From the IMG/VR virus record IMGVR_UViG_3300008267_000016, positions 21,269 through 85,268 of that record: 64,000 nt of DNA. The stretch is one strand, 5' to 3'. Positions within the stretch are counted from its first letter, which is position 1, and every line of letters starts with the position of its first letter. Shown here in pieces: positions 61,383-64,000 of the stretch. The notes below the pieces were generated by a model, which was not told the origin of the DNA, did no database searches, and was given only the letters and a program-made list of their open reading frames with translations. A program made the position numbers and the translations under genes. Source of the stretch: a virus.

Positions 61383-61877
61383 ATGACCATTCAAACGGTT
61401 GCTGGTAAGGGCGCTGAGTTTATCGGCGGCAGCCAGTTGCTCAATTCGATTATTGCTGAGCTGATCGGTCAGGGCGCTGCAGGGTTGTTTGGAGCTACTC
61501 GTTCGGGCCTTGAACCCATGACGGAAAGTGGCGGCCAAGGCAGCAAGTACATGATTACTTTGCCTGAGGCTCAGCGACTTGAGCTCGCTTTTGCTAGCGA
61601 AAATTTCCGTCGCAGTATGCTCGGACTGGAGCCTCTTGATGCAGGCGAGTTTCTCGCTGAGCGTGAGAGCGCTCTGAGGGAGTCTGCTGCTCAAGCCGGT
61701 CAGCGTGATTTTGCTCGCAAACAACTGGAAGTTCAACAAGCTGTTGTTCCTGCTGTTGCACAGTTAGCCGGTACTCAGGCACAAACAACCGGTGGCGTAG
61801 CTCAGCAAGGTATCGCATCGTTGTTAAATCGTCCTAGTATTGATCCAGCGGTCGCAGCGATGGCAACGGGACGATGA
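61383..61877 (+). CDS. Putative internal virion/ejection protein
   Basis: Ala/Gly/Gln-rich helical protein. Confidence 0.55.
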   Translation: MTIQTVAGKGAEFIGGSQLLNSIIAELIGQGAAGLFGATRSGLEPMTESGGQGSKYMITLPEAQRLELAFASENFRRSMLGLEPLDAGEFLAERESALRESAAQAGQRDFARKQLEVQQAVVPAVAQLAGTQAQTTGGVAQQGIASLLNRPSIDPAVAAMATGR

Positions 61878-62521
61878 GCTTAGGAACTCTTGCTGGTAGT
61901 GGCCTTCGTTTAGCCGGTAAATATATCGGTATTCCGATTGCTGGTGCTGTCGGTCTTGGTGCTTTGCCTCACTTAGCCAAGATCAGTCAATCCGTCGCTG
62001 GCGTCGGTCAGCCCGAAGCTAATCCCACGGCTACACCTCCTCCGAGCACGGCCAGCACCCCTGCACCTGGAGCTCCTGGTACTCCTGCACAAGCAGCAAC
62101 TGTTGATCAGAATGCTGCGTTGCTTGCTCTGCTTGAGAAGTTAGCTGCTGAAAGTGCTGAGCTGTCTCAGGCTGAGCAAACGGATCGAGCAAAACTCTAC
62201 GATAAACTCATCGATCCCGGTCTGTACGCTGAGCGTGCGGCAATTGATCTTGCTAACTACGAGCGTCAAGCCGAGTTAGCTCGTCAGGCGGGTATGGAGC
62301 AGACTCGTGAGCTGTCCCGCCGCAAGATCGAAAGCGACACAATCGCAGCGTGGCAAGGTATCACTCAAGCTCAAATTAATGCCAACGCTCAGATTGGGCT
62401 TGGCATGATGAACCTGGCTTACTCAGCTGGCGTTCCCAACCCGAATGTTTTACAAGCTGGTGCGTCCTTGGCTGGCCAAGGCCGTTCTGGTTTTTCTGCC
62501 CCTTCCTCCACTATTAGCTGA
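61874..62521 (+). CDS. Putative internal virion/ejection protein
   Basis: Gly-rich hydrophobic N-terminus; AQINANAQ. Confidence 0.55.
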   Translation: MSLGTLAGSGLRLAGKYIGIPIAGAVGLGALPHLAKISQSVAGVGQPEANPTATPPPSTASTPAPGAPGTPAQAATVDQNAALLALLEKLAAESAELSQAEQTDRAKLYDKLIDPGLYAERAAIDLANYERQAELARQAGMEQTRELSRRKIESDTIAAWQGITQAQINANAQIGLGMMNLAYSAGVPNPNVLQAGASLAGQGRSGFSAPSSTIS

Positions 62522-62523
62522 TC

Positions 62524-63276
62524 ATGTCTTTCCTTGGTGGTGCTGCTCAGGGAGCTGCTGCGGGCTCAGCTTTCGGTCCGTGGGGTACCGGCATAGGCGC
62601 CGCTATTGGAGGAATCGGCAGTTTATTTGGAGGGGGCGGTAGCAGCTCTGACAATAGTCCTTATCAACAATTTGCCGCTCAGATCGCTGCTCAGAACAAT
62701 CCTTTAACTGCTGCTTATCAAGGACTGAGTCTTCTTCAAGGTGCTTTAGCTGGCGCAATCGGACAGGAGGCAACCACGAAGGCTTCTGCTCAACTCAGTA
62801 TGTTGACTGAAGCTTTGCAGCGAGCTCAAAAAGACGCCACCCTTCAGGCATCCGTAGCCGGCTACGCTTCTGGTAAAGGCACAGATACTATTTACAACTT
62901 AGGGCAAGCTAAGTTATCGACTGAGTTAGGTGCTCCTCAGTTACTCGCTCAGGCTGGTTCTGCATCTTTAGCTGGCCAAAACGCTCTAGCTAACCAGCTA
63001 GGGACTGCGAATCTTGGTGTCCGATCCTATCAAGAGCAACTCCGTGGAGACGTAGCTAAAGATCAAGCTACGACTCTGAACGATATTTTTGAAACTCGAG
63101 CTTCTAATGAAGGTCGTCTTGCTCTTGGTACTCAGCAGTTTGAAAGTGCGGCTCAGTTAGATAAAGTACGTACGCTTGGAGATCTTGCTCGCACTCAAGC
63201 TGCGACCAAAGCTCAACTAGCCCTTAAGAAATTTGGAGCTAACCAAGCGCTTGCTGGTACCCGGATGTTTGCGTGA
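62524..63276 (+). CDS. Putative ejection (DNA transfer) protein
   Basis: GAAAGSAFGPWGTGIGAAIGGIGSLFG glycine zipper. Confidence 0.65.
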   Translation: MSFLGGAAQGAAAGSAFGPWGTGIGAAIGGIGSLFGGGGSSSDNSPYQQFAAQIAAQNNPLTAAYQGLSLLQGALAGAIGQEATTKASAQLSMLTEALQRAQKDATLQASVAGYASGKGTDTIYNLGQAKLSTELGAPQLLAQAGSASLAGQNALANQLGTANLGVRSYQEQLRGDVAKDQATTLNDIFETRASNEGRLALGTQQFESAAQLDKVRTLGDLARTQAATKAQLALKKFGANQALAGTRMFA

Positions 63277-63734
63277 TTAAGTCAACGATTGGCGATTCGA
63301 CAACTGTTGGTGCTTGGTTAAGTTCGTTAGATAAGTCTCAGCAGGATGCCTTTAAGCATTATGCGAAGAATGCTGCGAGTGACATCGAGGCTTATCTTTA
63401 TGCACGGTTTTTAAAGCCCAGCTATACAGGATCTATTGCTGATCTAACAGCGTGGGTACAAGAGAAATACCCTAAAGAAGATCTACGTAAAGTCCTTCTT
63501 ATTGAGATTGACTCGTTAAAAACCGATCTCCACAACGTAAGGCAAATGACCCTTACGGGAATGTTGGATTACGCCACCGCCGCTACCAAGATTGCGGTGC
63601 TGCAAAAAGAAATTCGTTCGCACATCTCTCGTCGTGTGGAGCACGATCGAGAAAGAAGAAAAATCCTAATTTGCCGAGTTTGCGAAGGTAGACAAAAAAG
63701 CCTACCTTCTAACCCGTTTGGCTTCACGAAATAG
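63273..63734 (+). CDS. Hypothetical protein, C-terminus possibly frameshifted
   Basis: Helical protein-like to about 63625; alternative frame gives SLVVWSTIEKEEKS*. Confidence 0.55.
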   Translation: MIKSTIGDSTTVGAWLSSLDKSQQDAFKHYAKNAASDIEAYLYARFLKPSYTGSIADLTAWVQEKYPKEDLRKVLLIEIDSLKTDLHNVRQMTLTGMLDYATAATKIAVLQKEIRSHISRRVEHDRERRKILICRVCEGRQKSLPSNPFGFTK

Positions 63735-63753
63735 TAGAGGTGTTAGAAACCTC

Positions 63754-64000
63754 TCATTTCACGGGCTCCATCAAGCTTAACACGTTAAGTACAGGAGTCC
63801 TGAATATACCCATGTAATAATCATTTACACCTAGTGACATAACTAAATCGTCACTTTCATCAACAAAACATCCGAAAGGCAGGATACAAGCGGGTTGATT
63901 TGAGATGTCACCACCAACGGCGTTTGTCCACGTCACAAGATCATCGTTTGTCGAACCCACAAATAAAGGTTCTTTCATCATTCGTGTGATCTTTGTCAGC
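63754..64000 (-). CDS. C-terminus of GH130-like/beta-propeller glycosidase (partial)
   Basis: EPLF.G, ILPFGC, LVMSLGVND; runs off the window end. Confidence 0.55.
   Translation of the reverse strand, partial: LTKITRMMKEPLFVGSTNDDLVTWTNAVGGDISNQPACILPFGCFVDESDDLVMSLGVNDYYMGIFRTPVLNVLSLMEPVK

Overview
A 64-kb piece of a lytic dsDNA cyanophage genome, probably infecting freshwater picocyanobacteria. The host inference rests on two NblA-like genes, a DUF4278-like gene behind an NtcA box, thyX, 2OG-Fe(II) oxygenases and a cyanobacterial boxA-like signal. The gene set recalls the S-EIV1-like lineage (inference only). Layout: (i) 0.1-23.5 kb late/virion genes with lysozymes, Ser-Gly-rich and 14-aa-repeat fibre proteins, tail-collar proteins, an AT-rich 2OG-oxygenase/carbamoyltransferase cassette, holin, endolysin and thyX; (ii) 23.5-51 kb minus-strand early/middle genes with a modular paralog cluster, D5-type primase-helicase, exonuclease, SSB, DNA polymerase A, a DUF3150-like/RavA-like/VWA operon, dcd, exported cell-wall proteins and many small early ORFs joined by a repeated intergenic element; (iii) 51-52.3 kb control region with tandem promoters, boxB/boxA-like signals and a ~0.9-kb structured non-coding leader; (iv) 52.3-64 kb with tRNAs, a tRNA-like element, sRNA candidates, glyco-enzymes and probable internal virion proteins. 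No terminase, portal, major capsid protein, integrase, reverse transcriptase or CRISPR array was recognised. The best novelty candidates are the large structured ncRNA, an R-x-A-G-x-x-x-G motif shared by unrelated late proteins, an NtcA-controlled DUF4278/tRNA-like/sRNA unit, a Ser-Gly motif across all fibre proteins and a Yfr1-like sRNA. All family assignments come from motif recognition by eye, with no database search.
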